Positions 37,299-45,971 of a stretch of 64,000 bases of DNA are shown here, piece after piece. This DNA comes from Christensenella sp. UBA5327 (GTDB lineage: Bacteria > Bacillota > Clostridia > Christensenellales > Aristaeellaceae), in NCBI GenBank assembly GCA_002411105.1, contig DHQX01000015.1:24750-88749 (forward strand), in the 5' to 3' direction. The position numbers and the translations under genes were made by a program. Within the stretch, counting starts at the first letter, position 1. Every line of letters begins with the position of its first letter. Under the pieces are notes generated by a model. That model was given only the letters and a program-made list of their open reading frames with translations, was not told the origin of the DNA and ran no database searches.

Positions 37299-37964
37299 AT
37301 GAAATACATTGACAACCCCCAGCGCCTGGCGGGTTTGTTGGGGCAGTTGTGGCAGGGCCTGGGCATCACCATGAGCCTGTTTGCCTATACGCTATTATTC
37401 TCCTTGCCTCTGGGGCTTTTGTTGGCGCTCGCGCGCATGAGCTGGCATAAGCCGGTGCGCTGGCCGGTGCAGTTTTTTATCCTGGTGATGCGGGGAACGC
37501 CGCTGATATTGCAGGTGTTCACGGTCTACTTTGTGCTGCCCATGGTCTTTGGGGCGGCCTTTGAACGCTTGACGGCTGTGGTCATCGCCTTTGTGATGAA
37601 CTATTCGGCCTATTTTGCCGAGATTTACCGCGGCGGGGTGGAAGCGGTGCCGGTAGGGCAGCGAGAGGCCGCCCATGTGCTGGGCTTCACCAGGAGCCAG
37701 GCTTTTATGCACATCATCCTGCCCCAGGTGGTGAAGCGCATTGTGCTGCCAGTCAGCAATGAGGTGATCACCCTGGTGAAGGACACCGCCCTGGTGACGG
37801 CGGTGGGGCTGGTGGAGCTGTACCGGGTGGCCAGGAACGCGGCAAACGCGGTGGGGTCCATCGAGCCGCTGTTTATTGCAGGCGCTGTCTATCTGATCAT
37901 CAATGCCGTTGTGTCCTTCCTATTTAACCGGGCCAATGAGCACTTTGGCTATTATCAGGGTTAA
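37299..37964 (+). CDS. Amino acid ABC transporter permease (His/Glu/Gln/Arg type)
   Basis: Start at ATG 37299 (MKYIDNPQRL). Contains MRGTPLILQVF and an EAA-like loop EAAHVLGFTRSQAFMHIILPQ. Confidence 0.85.
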   Translation: MKYIDNPQRLAGLLGQLWQGLGITMSLFAYTLLFSLPLGLLLALARMSWHKPVRWPVQFFILVMRGTPLILQVFTVYFVLPMVFGAAFERLTAVVIAFVMNYSAYFAEIYRGGVEAVPVGQREAAHVLGFTRSQAFMHIILPQVVKRIVLPVSNEVITLVKDTALVTAVGLVELYRVARNAANAVGSIEPLFIAGAVYLIINAVVSFLFNRANEHFGYYQG

Positions 37965-37968
37965 TGCC

Positions 37969-38697
37969 ATGTTAAGAGCGGAGAATATCTATAAGAGCTT
38001 TGGGAAAAACGAGGTGCTGCGGGGTGTGTCCCTTAGGGTGGACCAAGGCGAGGTGGTGGCGGTGATTGGCCCATCGGGCTCAGGCAAGAGCACCCTGCTA
38101 CGGTGCCTGATTGATCTGGAACGCGTGGATAGCGGCAGGGTTGTGGTGGGCGGCGAAACGCTGGTGGATACGGAAAAAGGCGGATATGCTGAAAAAAGCG
38201 CACTGCGGCGCGTGATCCTCAAAATGGGTTTTGTGTTTCAAAACTTTAACTTATTTCCCCACTTTACGGTGCTGGGGAATGTGACCCAGGCGCAGGAAAG
38301 GGTGCTGGGCCGGACAAAACAAGAGGCGCAGACCCGCGCTATGAAAGTGCTTGAAAAAGTGGGCTTGTCCGATAAGGCAGCCGAATACCCCTTCATGCTC
38401 TCTGGCGGCCAGCAGCAGCGGGTGGCCATTGCCCGGGCCCTGGCCATGGACCCGCAAATGCTGCTGTTTGATGAACCCACCAGCGCCCTGGACCCGTTAT
38501 TAACCCAGGAGGTATTAAAGGTCATCAAAGGCCTGGCGGAGGAGAACCGCACGATGCTGGTGGTGACCCATGAGATGGCCTTTGCCCGGGAGGTGGCTGA
38601 CCGGGTGGTGTATATGATGGAGGGTGCCGTGATCGCGGAGGGCAGGCCGGATGAGGTCTTCGCCCTGCCCCAGGTGCGCGCGTTTACGAGCTGGTGA
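37969..38697 (+). CDS. Amino acid ABC transporter ATP-binding protein
   Basis: Start at ATG 37969 (MLRAENIYKSF). Contains [35 protein letters not shown] and VTHEM. Confidence 0.9.
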   Translation: MLRAENIYKSFGKNEVLRGVSLRVDQGEVVAVIGPSGSGKSTLLRCLIDLERVDSGRVVVGGETLVDTEKGGYAEKSALRRVILKMGFVFQNFNLFPHFTVLGNVTQAQERVLGRTKQEAQTRAMKVLEKVGLSDKAAEYPFMLSGGQQQRVAIARALAMDPQMLLFDEPTSALDPLLTQEVLKVIKGLAEENRTMLVVTHEMAFAREVADRVVYMMEGAVIAEGRPDEVFALPQVRAFTSW

Positions 38698-39859
38698 GCT
38701 GGCTCCTGTGGATGGCCGGGTCGATCTGCTGGCTGAGCCAGAAGCCCGGCACCGCCAGCGCCAGCACCAGCCAGGGGATGACGGCCAGGCTGGATAGCCG
38801 CACCAGCAGGCTTGCCAAGGGCGGCGCCAAGGCTCCTCCCATGAAGGCCGCGGCCATCAGCAGCCCCATGGCGGCCTGGGAATTCTCCTGCCCAAAGCGT
38901 TGGGGGGTCAGGTGGGCCATGGCCGGGAAGAGGGGCGCATTGGCGATGCCCAACAGCAGCAACGCTATCAGGGCGAACACCCGGGGCAGGGGCAGAACCA
39001 TCAGGATTCCTGCCAGAACCGAGGCAAGGGCGCCCAGGCGGATGATCGGCCTGCTTTCCACCTTCAGCGCGATCAGCCCTGTGAAAAAGCGGCCGATGGT
39101 GATGCCAGCAAAGAACAGCGAGGAATAGAGCGAGGCGGTGGCCGGGTCAAAGCCCTTGTAGTCGGCCAGGTAGGTGCTGGCCCATACCCCCACTGTGGAC
39201 TCAAACCCAACAAAGCAAAACAGCGCGGCCATGGCGAAGGCGATGCCTGGCAGGCGGAAGGTTGACCTGAGGGTGGCAGGGGGATGATCTCCCGGGGAAG
39301 GCGCAATATCAGGCCCGGCCCGGCGCCAGATGGGCAGGCTTAAAAAGAGCACTGCCGCCAGCGCCACCTGAAGAATAGCCACCGTGCGAAAGCCGCCTGT
39401 CCAGCCAGAGGGGCCTTTGAGGCTGCCGCTCATGATGATGGGGCCGATGGTGGCGCCCAGGCCCCACATGCAGTGCAGCCAGTTCATGTGGATGGCTTTG
39501 TAGTGGCGGGCCACGAAGCCGTTGGCTGCGGTATCAATCATGCCGCAGGCAAGGCCCAGGGGAATCATGATGAGGATGAGGGCGAAATAGCTGCCCGTGA
39601 AGGAAACCAGGGCCAGGCAAAGGGCTGAGAGGAGGACCGAGGCTGCCACCACCTTGCCGGTGCCAAAGGCTTTGACCAGGCGGTTGCTCAGCAGGCTTGA
39701 GATGACCGTGCCCAGGATGAACACCATGCTGGCCGGGCCCAGCGCCTCCTCGGGCTGATGAAGTGCCAGGCGCATCACAGGCCAGGCTGCGCCCAGAAGC
39801 GCGTTGGGCAGCCCCAGGCTGATAAAGGACAGGTAAACAATGATCAGCAACGTTGCCAT
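38684..39859 (-). CDS. MFS transporter
   Basis: Start at ATG 39859 (MATLLIIVYLSFISLGLP) behind AAAGGGGGA. Twelve hydrophobic spans. The ORF-track extension to 40132 overlaps yajC and was rejected. Confidence 0.8.
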   Translation of the reverse strand: MATLLIIVYLSFISLGLPNALLGAAWPVMRLALHQPEEALGPASMVFILGTVISSLLSNRLVKAFGTGKVVAASVLLSALCLALVSFTGSYFALILIMIPLGLACGMIDTAANGFVARHYKAIHMNWLHCMWGLGATIGPIIMSGSLKGPSGWTGGFRTVAILQVALAAVLFLSLPIWRRAGPDIAPSPGDHPPATLRSTFRLPGIAFAMAALFCFVGFESTVGVWASTYLADYKGFDPATASLYSSLFFAGITIGRFFTGLIALKVESRPIIRLGALASVLAGILMVLPLPRVFALIALLLLGIANAPLFPAMAHLTPQRFGQENSQAAMGLLMAAAFMGGALAPPLASLLVRLSSLAVIPWLVLALAVPGFWLSQQIDPAIHRSQLTSS

Positions 39860-39930
39860 GGTGTCCCCCTTTTGAATATTGCAGCCAGTATACTGATTTG
39901 CGTCTGGATAAACAAGATGCGGCCCTGCGC

Positions 39931-39959
39931 TTGCGCCCGGATGATATTCTTGATACAAT
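39931..39959 (+). promoter_or_regulatory. Putative yajC promoter
   Basis: TTGCGC (39931-39936), 17-nt spacer, TACAAT (39954-39959). Confidence 0.5.
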
Positions 39960-39995
39960 GCAGAAAATCTGCACGCACTTGAAAGGAAGAAAGAG

Positions 39996-40388
39996 ATGTT
40001 CGATTGGTTGTTCTCCCTGCCCTCTGCCCTGGCCGAGGCCGCTGCCCCCGCCGCCCCTGCTGCTGAGGCCGCTGCCCAGGAGCCCGGCGGCGCCGCCGCC
40101 ATGATCCAGATGTTCCTGCCGATGATCCTCATCGTTGTGGTTTTCTACTTCCTCTTGATCCGCCCCCAGCGCAAGAAGGACAAGAAGGTCAAGGACATGC
40201 TGGCCAACCTCAAGGTGGGCGACCGCATCACCACCATTGGCGGCATCTATGGCACCATCCGTGTGCTGCGGGATGACACGGTCACCTTGGCAGTTGGCAA
40301 GGACAATGTGGAAATGGTATTTGCCCGCTGGGCCATCCGCGGGGTGGAAGAGGTTTCCATCGAGAACGAGGGCGAGCTGCTCACCTGA
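39996..40388 (+). CDS. yajC: Preprotein translocase subunit YajC (with an Ala-rich N-terminal extension)
   Basis: MILIVVVFYFLLIRPQRKKDKKVKDMLANLKVGDRITTIGGIYGTI is the canonical YajC core. Confidence 0.85.
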   Translation: MFDWLFSLPSALAEAAAPAAPAAEAAAQEPGGAAAMIQMFLPMILIVVVFYFLLIRPQRKKDKKVKDMLANLKVGDRITTIGGIYGTIRVLRDDTVTLAVGKDNVEMVFARWAIRGVEEVSIENEGELLT

Positions 40389-40410
40389 TTTCCCAAAGCG
40401 ACATTCCCAT

Positions 40411-40439
40411 CGCCCAGGCATTCTCCTGGGCGTTTTTTT
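40411..40439 (+). terminator. Rho-independent terminator after yajC
   Basis: CGCCCAGG, loop CATTCT, CCTGGGCG, then TTTTTTT. Confidence 0.8.
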
Positions 40440-40454
40440 GGTAGGAGGACGGGT

Positions 40455-41759
40455 ATGGAAAGAAAAGACGCGCGCAGCCACGATGCACTGCGCCAGATAA
40501 AGATCACCCCGGGTTTTGTGGGGACAGCGGCCGGCAGCTGCCTGATGGAAACAGGCGGCACCCGGGTGATTGTCACCTGCTCGGTGGAGCCGGGGGTGCC
40601 GCCCTTTTTAAGGGGAAAAGGCCAGGGCTGGCTGACGGCGGAATACGCGATGCTGCCGGCCTCCACCGGCCGGCGCAAGCAGCGGGATGGCCTGAAAAAG
40701 GATGGCCGCGGGGTGGAGATTGCGCGGCTTATTGGCCGCAGCCTGCGTCAGGCGGTGGATTTAAAGCGGCTGGGAGAACACACCCTGACGATAGACTGCG
40801 ATGTGCTGGAGGCAGACGGCGGCACCCGGACAGCAGCCATCACCGGCGGGTTTGTGGCCTTATCCCTTGCGGTTGACTGGATGATTGAGCAGGGGATGCT
40901 CAAGGAATCCCCCGTCAACCACCAGGTGGCAGCTGTCAGCTGCGGGGTGGTGCAGGGGCAAGCCCTGCTTGACCTGTGCTATGAGGAAGACAGCCAGGCG
41001 GAAGCTGACATGAACTTCGTCCTGAATGAAAAGGGAGACATCATTGAGATTCAGGGCACAGGGGAGGGCAAGGCGTTTCCTGAGGGTCTCTTGCACGAGA
41101 TGATGGGCTTGGCCAAGGAGGGCATCGCTGAGTTGATGGCTCATCAGCGCCAGGCGCTGGCAGACAAGGCCTGGGTGGTGATGCAGCCCCAGACCATGGT
41201 CCTTGCCAGCGGCAACGCGCATAAGATCAGGGAGCTGACCCAGCTGTTGGGCCCCAGGTTTCGCATTATCTCTATGAGAGAGGCGGGCTTTGGGGGGGAG
41301 GTTGAAGAGACGGGGAGCAGCTTTAGTGAAAACGCAATCCTCAAGGCGCAGGCGGTGCGGGATGCTACGGGCTTCCTCACCCTGGCAGATGACAGCGGGC
41401 TTGAGGTGACGGCGCTGGGTGGCGCACCCGGCGTCCATTCCGCGCGCTATGCGGGGCAGCATGGGGATGATGCGGCCAACAACGCACTGCTGCTGAAGAA
41501 TATGGCGGGGGTTGAGGATCGCAGCGCCCGGTTTGTCTGTGCCCTGGCGCTGGCCTCACCCTTTGCCCCCACCCAGTGCTTTGAGGGGGTCTGCCCGGGG
41601 GAAATCATCCAGACACCCCGGGGAGAGGGCGGCTTTGGCTATGACCCTCTGTTTTTATATGAATCTGGCGTGACCTTTGCCCAGATGGGTGAGGAGGAGA
41701 AGAACCAGGTGAGCCACAGGGCCCGGGCGCTCAAAAAACTGAAGGAAGCGCTGGGATGA
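40455..41759 (+). CDS. rph: Fusion protein: ribonuclease PH plus RdgB/HAM1 non-canonical purine NTP pyrophosphatase
   Basis: The N-terminal ~240 aa are RNase PH (GSCLMETGGTRVIVT, DCDVLEADGGTRTAAITG). The C-terminal ~195 aa are RdgB (MVLASGNAHKIRE, FSENAILKA, GFGYDPLF, SHRARAL). It is a single uninterrupted 434-aa ORF. Confidence 0.85.
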   Translation: MERKDARSHDALRQIKITPGFVGTAAGSCLMETGGTRVIVTCSVEPGVPPFLRGKGQGWLTAEYAMLPASTGRRKQRDGLKKDGRGVEIARLIGRSLRQAVDLKRLGEHTLTIDCDVLEADGGTRTAAITGGFVALSLAVDWMIEQGMLKESPVNHQVAAVSCGVVQGQALLDLCYEEDSQAEADMNFVLNEKGDIIEIQGTGEGKAFPEGLLHEMMGLAKEGIAELMAHQRQALADKAWVVMQPQTMVLASGNAHKIRELTQLLGPRFRIISMREAGFGGEVEETGSSFSENAILKAQAVRDATGFLTLADDSGLEVTALGGAPGVHSARYAGQHGDDAANNALLLKNMAGVEDRSARFVCALALASPFAPTQCFEGVCPGEIIQTPRGEGGFGYDPLFLYESGVTFAQMGEEEKNQVSHRARALKKLKEALG

Positions 41760-42232
41760 AGCTGCTGGTATTCGGCGACTCCCACGGCCGGAGCCGGGCG
41801 GTGCAGCGCATGCTGCGCCGGGCGGAGAAGGGCACAAAGCCCGACCTGGTGCTGTTTGCGGGGGATGGCCTATATGATGCCCTTGACCTGCGCTATGAGG
41901 GCTACCATGTTTTGGCGGTGCGGGGCAACTGTGACCTGGCTGCCCCGTCTGATATTCCTTATGAATTGACCTTCCCCGTGAATGGAAAGACCATTTATCT
42001 GACCCATGGGCATCGTCTCCAGGTGAAACAAGGCTTGAGCCTGCTATTTGCCCGCGCCAGGGAGGTGGATGCAGCGCTTGCGATTTATGGGCATACCCAT
42101 ACCCAGACGCTGGAATACCGTGAGGGCATCCTGCTGCTCAATCCCGGGGCGCTGCGCGATGGCGGGTTTGCCATTGTCACGGTAGATGATCATGGTGAGA
42201 TGAGCTGTCAGCTGTTTGGGGAGAACGAATAG
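41756..42232 (+). CDS. YfcE/YsnB-type metallophosphoesterase (MJ0936 family)
   Basis: MKLLVFGDSHG, FAGDG, RGNCD, THGH and YGHTH motifs. This is the same position as ysnB after rph-rdgB in B. subtilis. Confidence 0.8.
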   Translation: MKLLVFGDSHGRSRAVQRMLRRAEKGTKPDLVLFAGDGLYDALDLRYEGYHVLAVRGNCDLAAPSDIPYELTFPVNGKTIYLTHGHRLQVKQGLSLLFARAREVDAALAIYGHTHTQTLEYREGILLLNPGALRDGGFAIVTVDDHGEMSCQLFGENE

Positions 42233-43796
42233 CACCATCGTCCGTTTCTTCGCCATTTAACACGATATTGGCCAGGCCCTCCGGCAGCTCATCATGGGAA
42301 ATAATGAGGGTGATGCGGCTGTCCCGATCGGCGTCAATGCGGCGGTAGATATCCATGGCCGAAGCATGGTCGATATTGCTGCAAACCTCGTCCAGCACCA
42401 GCAGATCCTGGTGGGACATGAGGGCACGGGCCAGGGCAATTTTCTGTTTTTCGCCACCCGACAGGTTGGCACCGCCCTCATGGATGCCGCTGTCCAGGGT
42501 TTTGCTCTCAAATAGGCTTTGAAGGATAGGCTCCTGAAGCAGCCAGGCTTCAGCTTCGGGGGTATAAGGCTTGTTAAAAAAGAGGTTGTCCCGGAGGCTG
42601 CCCTTGATGACGGCCACTTCCTGGGAGAGGTATTCGGCATGCTCCCGGATGGAGGCAGCGCTTATTTGGCTGATGGGCATGCAGTTATAGTGCGCGCCAT
42701 CCAAGGCCCTGAACCCAAGCAGTGCCTTGGCAAAGGAGCTTTTCCCGCTGCCGCTTTTTCCCATGACCCGGGCGATGTCGCCTTTTTTTAGGTGTGCGCT
42801 GGCTAAAAAGGGGAGGGTATGGCCGGGGACACAGAGGGAATGCACATCCAGGTCAAGGCTGTCTATGCCGCTTAAGCCATTTTTGCTGATGTCCTCTGCC
42901 TGTTGATTGAGGCTGCGCTGAAAATCAAGGGCCACATCAAAATTGCTGCGGCTGAGGTTGACCCGGGTCAAAACGCCGATGCTGTCAAAATAGAGGGGCA
43001 GCAGGATGGTGAAGAGGATGAGGGAAAGGGGGCTGGCTGTCTTCAGGGTGAACAGATACACCATGTAGATAAGGGCCAGGCTGTGGGCCATGGTATTTAT
43101 GCCCCTGAAGACATAGGAGACAGACTGGGCAAACACATTGACCCTGGCCATGCTGCCATAGATCTTCTCAAGCATCGGCTCAAGAGAGCTGATGAAAGGG
43201 GCGTGGTCGGGGCACTGCTTGAGGTAATCAATTTGCTGGAGACGCGAGATAATGGCCTGAAATCCCACGCTGGTGTCCTGCTGCATGGCCGTGCTTCGCC
43301 TGGCCAAGGAGCGGTTGAGCAGCTGATAGCCAAAATAATTAAAGGGCACCATAAAAAAGAGAATCAGGGCGACCAGCGGGTTCATGACGGCAATCAGGGC
43401 CAGGGAAACTGTCATCACAAACAGGCTTGACCAGATGTGGATATTGTCCCCGGTCATGAAGGAATAAATGCTGTTCACTGACATGGCGGCTTGATTAAAG
43501 AGATTGGTTGGGCCCTGGGCGATGAGGGTGTCATAATCCGTCCTGAGTATGGCCCGGGTCATGCCGCGCAGGTTCTGCTTGTTGTATTCCTTGGCGAAAC
43601 GCTCCCGGTACACGACAAACAACACACCCAGGGCATGAGAGAGCAGCATGATTCCCAGGATCATCAGGATGCGCTGTGGGCTTAAGCCCGCCTGTTCCCG
43701 GCCCCAGAGCTGAAGGAAGAGGGGCGGGATGAGGGAGGCTGCGCTTGTCAGGATGGCGACCAGCAGCATGGCGACAAAAAACTTTTTGTATCTCAT
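42177..43796 (-). CDS. ABC exporter half-transporter (TMD-NBD fusion)
   Basis: Six N-terminal TMs. Contains GKSGSGKSSFAKAL, LSGGEKQKIALARAL, LLVLDEVCSNID and IISHD. The 3' end overlaps the convergent yfcE-like gene by 56 nt. Confidence 0.8.
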   Translation of the reverse strand: MRYKKFFVAMLLVAILTSAASLIPPLFLQLWGREQAGLSPQRILMILGIMLLSHALGVLFVVYRERFAKEYNKQNLRGMTRAILRTDYDTLIAQGPTNLFNQAAMSVNSIYSFMTGDNIHIWSSLFVMTVSLALIAVMNPLVALILFFMVPFNYFGYQLLNRSLARRSTAMQQDTSVGFQAIISRLQQIDYLKQCPDHAPFISSLEPMLEKIYGSMARVNVFAQSVSYVFRGINTMAHSLALIYMVYLFTLKTASPLSLILFTILLPLYFDSIGVLTRVNLSRSNFDVALDFQRSLNQQAEDISKNGLSGIDSLDLDVHSLCVPGHTLPFLASAHLKKGDIARVMGKSGSGKSSFAKALLGFRALDGAHYNCMPISQISAASIREHAEYLSQEVAVIKGSLRDNLFFNKPYTPEAEAWLLQEPILQSLFESKTLDSGIHEGGANLSGGEKQKIALARALMSHQDLLVLDEVCSNIDHASAMDIYRRIDADRDSRITLIISHDELPEGLANIVLNGEETDDGAIRSPQTADSSSHHDHLP

Positions 43797-44578
43797 GTGG
43801 TCTCCTGCCTGATCAGGTCAAGCACCTGGGCGATCACGGGGCGGTTGGCTTCAAACAGCGCGCCCTTGCCGGGCTTTGAGGAGAAGGCCAGATTGACAAG
43901 GCGGGCTTCCACCAATTTGGTCACGTGGTGGTTGATGGTGGATAGGGTGAGGCCTACTTTTTCGGCCAGCTGGGTGGCAGAGAGGGCATCCTTTAGCAGT
44001 GCCCGGAGCATGTCAAGACGGGACTGGTCTGCCAGGGCTTTAAACATCAACAGAATATCCTCCTGATGCCAGATGGCGTAGGCATCCAGGCTCACATCCA
44101 GTCCAACGCTTAAAAACACGCCCGTATCGCTGAGAAAATGCATGCGGATTTCCCGGGGCGCTGCAGCGCTGATGTGCAGGTGCAAGGGGACGTCACCAGG
44201 ATCAATGCCGATGAGCCGGCTGATGAGGGCCGGGCTTTGCAGGGCAGCCCGCATGGCTGCCTCCTTCTGGCTGTCAGGGGGTGGAGGCGGCATGATAGCG
44301 CTTCGCTCCTCCCAAAAGGAGGGCGGAAGGCAGAGAAAGCGGATGGCAGCCTCCTTTGCCTTGTCATCCTCCAGCGCCAGGACACGGCTAAGGGCGTCGT
44401 CGGCGCCGGGATGGAGGGCCAGCAGGAAGGCCTCCCGCTGGTCCATCAAGGCGTCAGGGGCCAGCTCCCTGGCTGAAGCCCAGCCGCTGTAATCTAGGAA
44501 CAGATCCCTGAGCGGCTGGGAAGATAGCAGAGGGCTTTGCTCAGCCTGGATCAAAGAGATTTCATAAGTTTCAAACAT
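43793..44578 (-). CDS. ArsR-family winged-HTH regulator with a ~170-aa N-terminal domain of unknown function
   Basis: C-terminal FKALADQSRLDMLRALLKDALSATQLAEKVGLTLSTINHHVTKLVEARLV. Start at ATG 44578 (MFETYEISL). Its stop overlaps the ABC exporter start by 4 nt. Confidence 0.7.
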   Translation of the reverse strand: MFETYEISLIQAEQSPLLSSQPLRDLFLDYSGWASARELAPDALMDQREAFLLALHPGADDALSRVLALEDDKAKEAAIRFLCLPPSFWEERSAIMPPPPPDSQKEAAMRAALQSPALISRLIGIDPGDVPLHLHISAAAPREIRMHFLSDTGVFLSVGLDVSLDAYAIWHQEDILLMFKALADQSRLDMLRALLKDALSATQLAEKVGLTLSTINHHVTKLVEARLVNLAFSSKPGKGALFEANRPVIAQVLDLIRQETT

Positions 44579-44600
44579 TCTATCACCAACTTTCATGATC

Positions 44601-44629
44601 ATAATATATCGAAAAATTTTCTTTGTCAA
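44601..44629 (-). promoter_or_regulatory. Promoter of the ArsR-like/ABC exporter pair
   Basis: Minus-strand TTGACA (44624-44629), 17-nt spacer, TATTAT (44601-44606). Confidence 0.55.
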
Positions 44630-44636
44630 GCATGAA

Positions 44637-44659
44637 ATAAAAAACCGCGATTAACGCGG
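44637..44659 (-). terminator. Short GC hairpin plus T-run after the rRNA methyltransferase gene
   Basis: Minus strand reads CCGCG TTAAT CGCGG TTTTTT. Confidence 0.5.
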
Positions 44660-44681
44660 ATGGCACAGAAGCGGATGGGGA

Positions 44682-45971
44682 TTACAGCGGCCTGCGCAGC
44701 CCTTTGGGATAATGGTTTTTCATGATGCCGCCGCTGGCCTTGCCCCAGCCCAGGGGCCAGCCCGAAAGACAGGGCGCCGTCCAGCTGGTGAGGGCAGCGG
44801 GGACAGACAGCGGATGCCCCTGCTGGAAGCGCAGGGCGTCTTCAAGGATTAGTTCGATCATCTGGCGCGGCTGGCTGATGAGGGCCAGGGCGTGGGCAGG
44901 CTTGGGCGTGGGGCTGGAGAGGTCCGCCAGGGCAGGTCCCAGGCTGATCACGCGCAGGCCGGTGAGATCCGGAAGGGCGGGGGAGACATGAATGGCTGTC
45001 CTTCCCGCGATGTGGTTGGCTGGCACCGGCGCATGCGCCCAGCTGGCGACCAGGGCGCTGATCTCAGGCAAACACTTCCGTGGTGGCGGCATCTTCCTGG
45101 GGGCAGCATCCCCGTCCAAAGTCATCAGCGCCACAAAATGCCCCTCGCCAGGGTGCAGGTGCGGCCAGATGCGCAGCATGCCCGCTTGCGCCTCCGGCAG
45201 GCCGGGCAGGTGGAAGGGCTGCAGCTTCAAGCCCGGATGCTCATCCAGAAAACCGCTGATGAGCGCCTCATTTTCTACTTCATTAAAGGTGCAGGTGCTG
45301 TATACCAGTTTCCCACCCGGGCGCAGCAGAAGGGCGGCGCTGCGGAGGATCTCAATCTGCCGGAGGGCGCAGCCAGCGGGGCTTTCCATGCGCCACTGGG
45401 CCCGGGTATCCGGCTCCCTGCGGAACATGCCCTCGCCCGAGCAGGGGGCATCCACCAGAATGCTGTCAAAGGCAGCGGGAAGCCGCTGAGCCAGGCGGGC
45501 GGGGCTTTCACAGGTGACAGCAGCGTTGACAATGCCCATGCGCTCCAGGTTGCGTGCTAAAATCCGGGCGCGGGCAGGGTTGATCTCATTGGCCACCAGG
45601 GCGCCCTCCCCCTTCAGCCGGTCTGCGATCTGCGTGGCCTTGCCGCCGGGGGCGGCGCACAGGTCGAGCACCAGGTCACCAGGCTGGGGGGCAAGGGCGC
45701 TGACAGCGGCCATGGCGCTGGGCTCCTGGAGGTAATAGGCTCCGGCATCATGCAGCGGATGGCTGCCGGCGGTGGCGTCCTCTGCCAGATACCAGGCATT
45801 CCCGGCCCAGGGAATGGGGGAAAGGAGGCCGGAAACAGCAGGCGGCACCCGCCTTGTGGAAAAGCGGATGCCGCGGTGGGCTGGCTGATCGAAGCTGGCG
45901 ATAAACCGCTCAAGGTCATCACCCAGCAGCGGTTTGAGCTGATCGAGAAAGCCTGAAGGCAAACCTGTCAT
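44682..45971 (-). CDS. NOL1/NOP2/Sun (RsmB/RsmF-like) SAM-dependent RNA m5C methyltransferase
   Basis: DLCAAPGGKATQIA, ILVDAPCSGEGMFRREPD, VYSTCTFNEVENE. Confidence 0.8.
   Translation of the reverse strand: MTGLPSGFLDQLKPLLGDDLERFIASFDQPAHRGIRFSTRRVPPAVSGLLSPIPWAGNAWYLAEDATAGSHPLHDAGAYYLQEPSAMAAVSALAPQPGDLVLDLCAAPGGKATQIADRLKGEGALVANEINPARARILARNLERMGIVNAAVTCESPARLAQRLPAAFDSILVDAPCSGEGMFRREPDTRAQWRMESPAGCALRQIEILRSAALLLRPGGKLVYSTCTFNEVENEALISGFLDEHPGLKLQPFHLPGLPEAQAGMLRIWPHLHPGEGHFVALMTLDGDAAPRKMPPPRKCLPEISALVASWAHAPVPANHIAGRTAIHVSPALPDLTGLRVISLGPALADLSSPTPKPAHALALISQPRQMIELILEDALRFQQGHPLSVPAALTSWTAPCLSGWPLGWGKASGGIMKNHYPKGLRRPL

Noticed and set aside
39860-40132. 5' extension of the MFS transporter ORF (MRIIGRNIWIMAAAPPGSW...), which overlaps yajC on the opposite strand.
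   Set aside because: The first TM and a good Shine-Dalgarno coincide with ATG 39859. The extension is Ala-rich low complexity, antisense to the well-conserved yajC.
42177-42232. The 56-nt convergent overlap of the yfcE-like and ABC exporter genes as a sign of a mis-called stop or a frameshift.
   Set aside because: Both ORFs keep family-typical C-termini up to the overlap. The exporter's last ~20 residues are simply non-conserved tail. I found no evidence of a frameshift.
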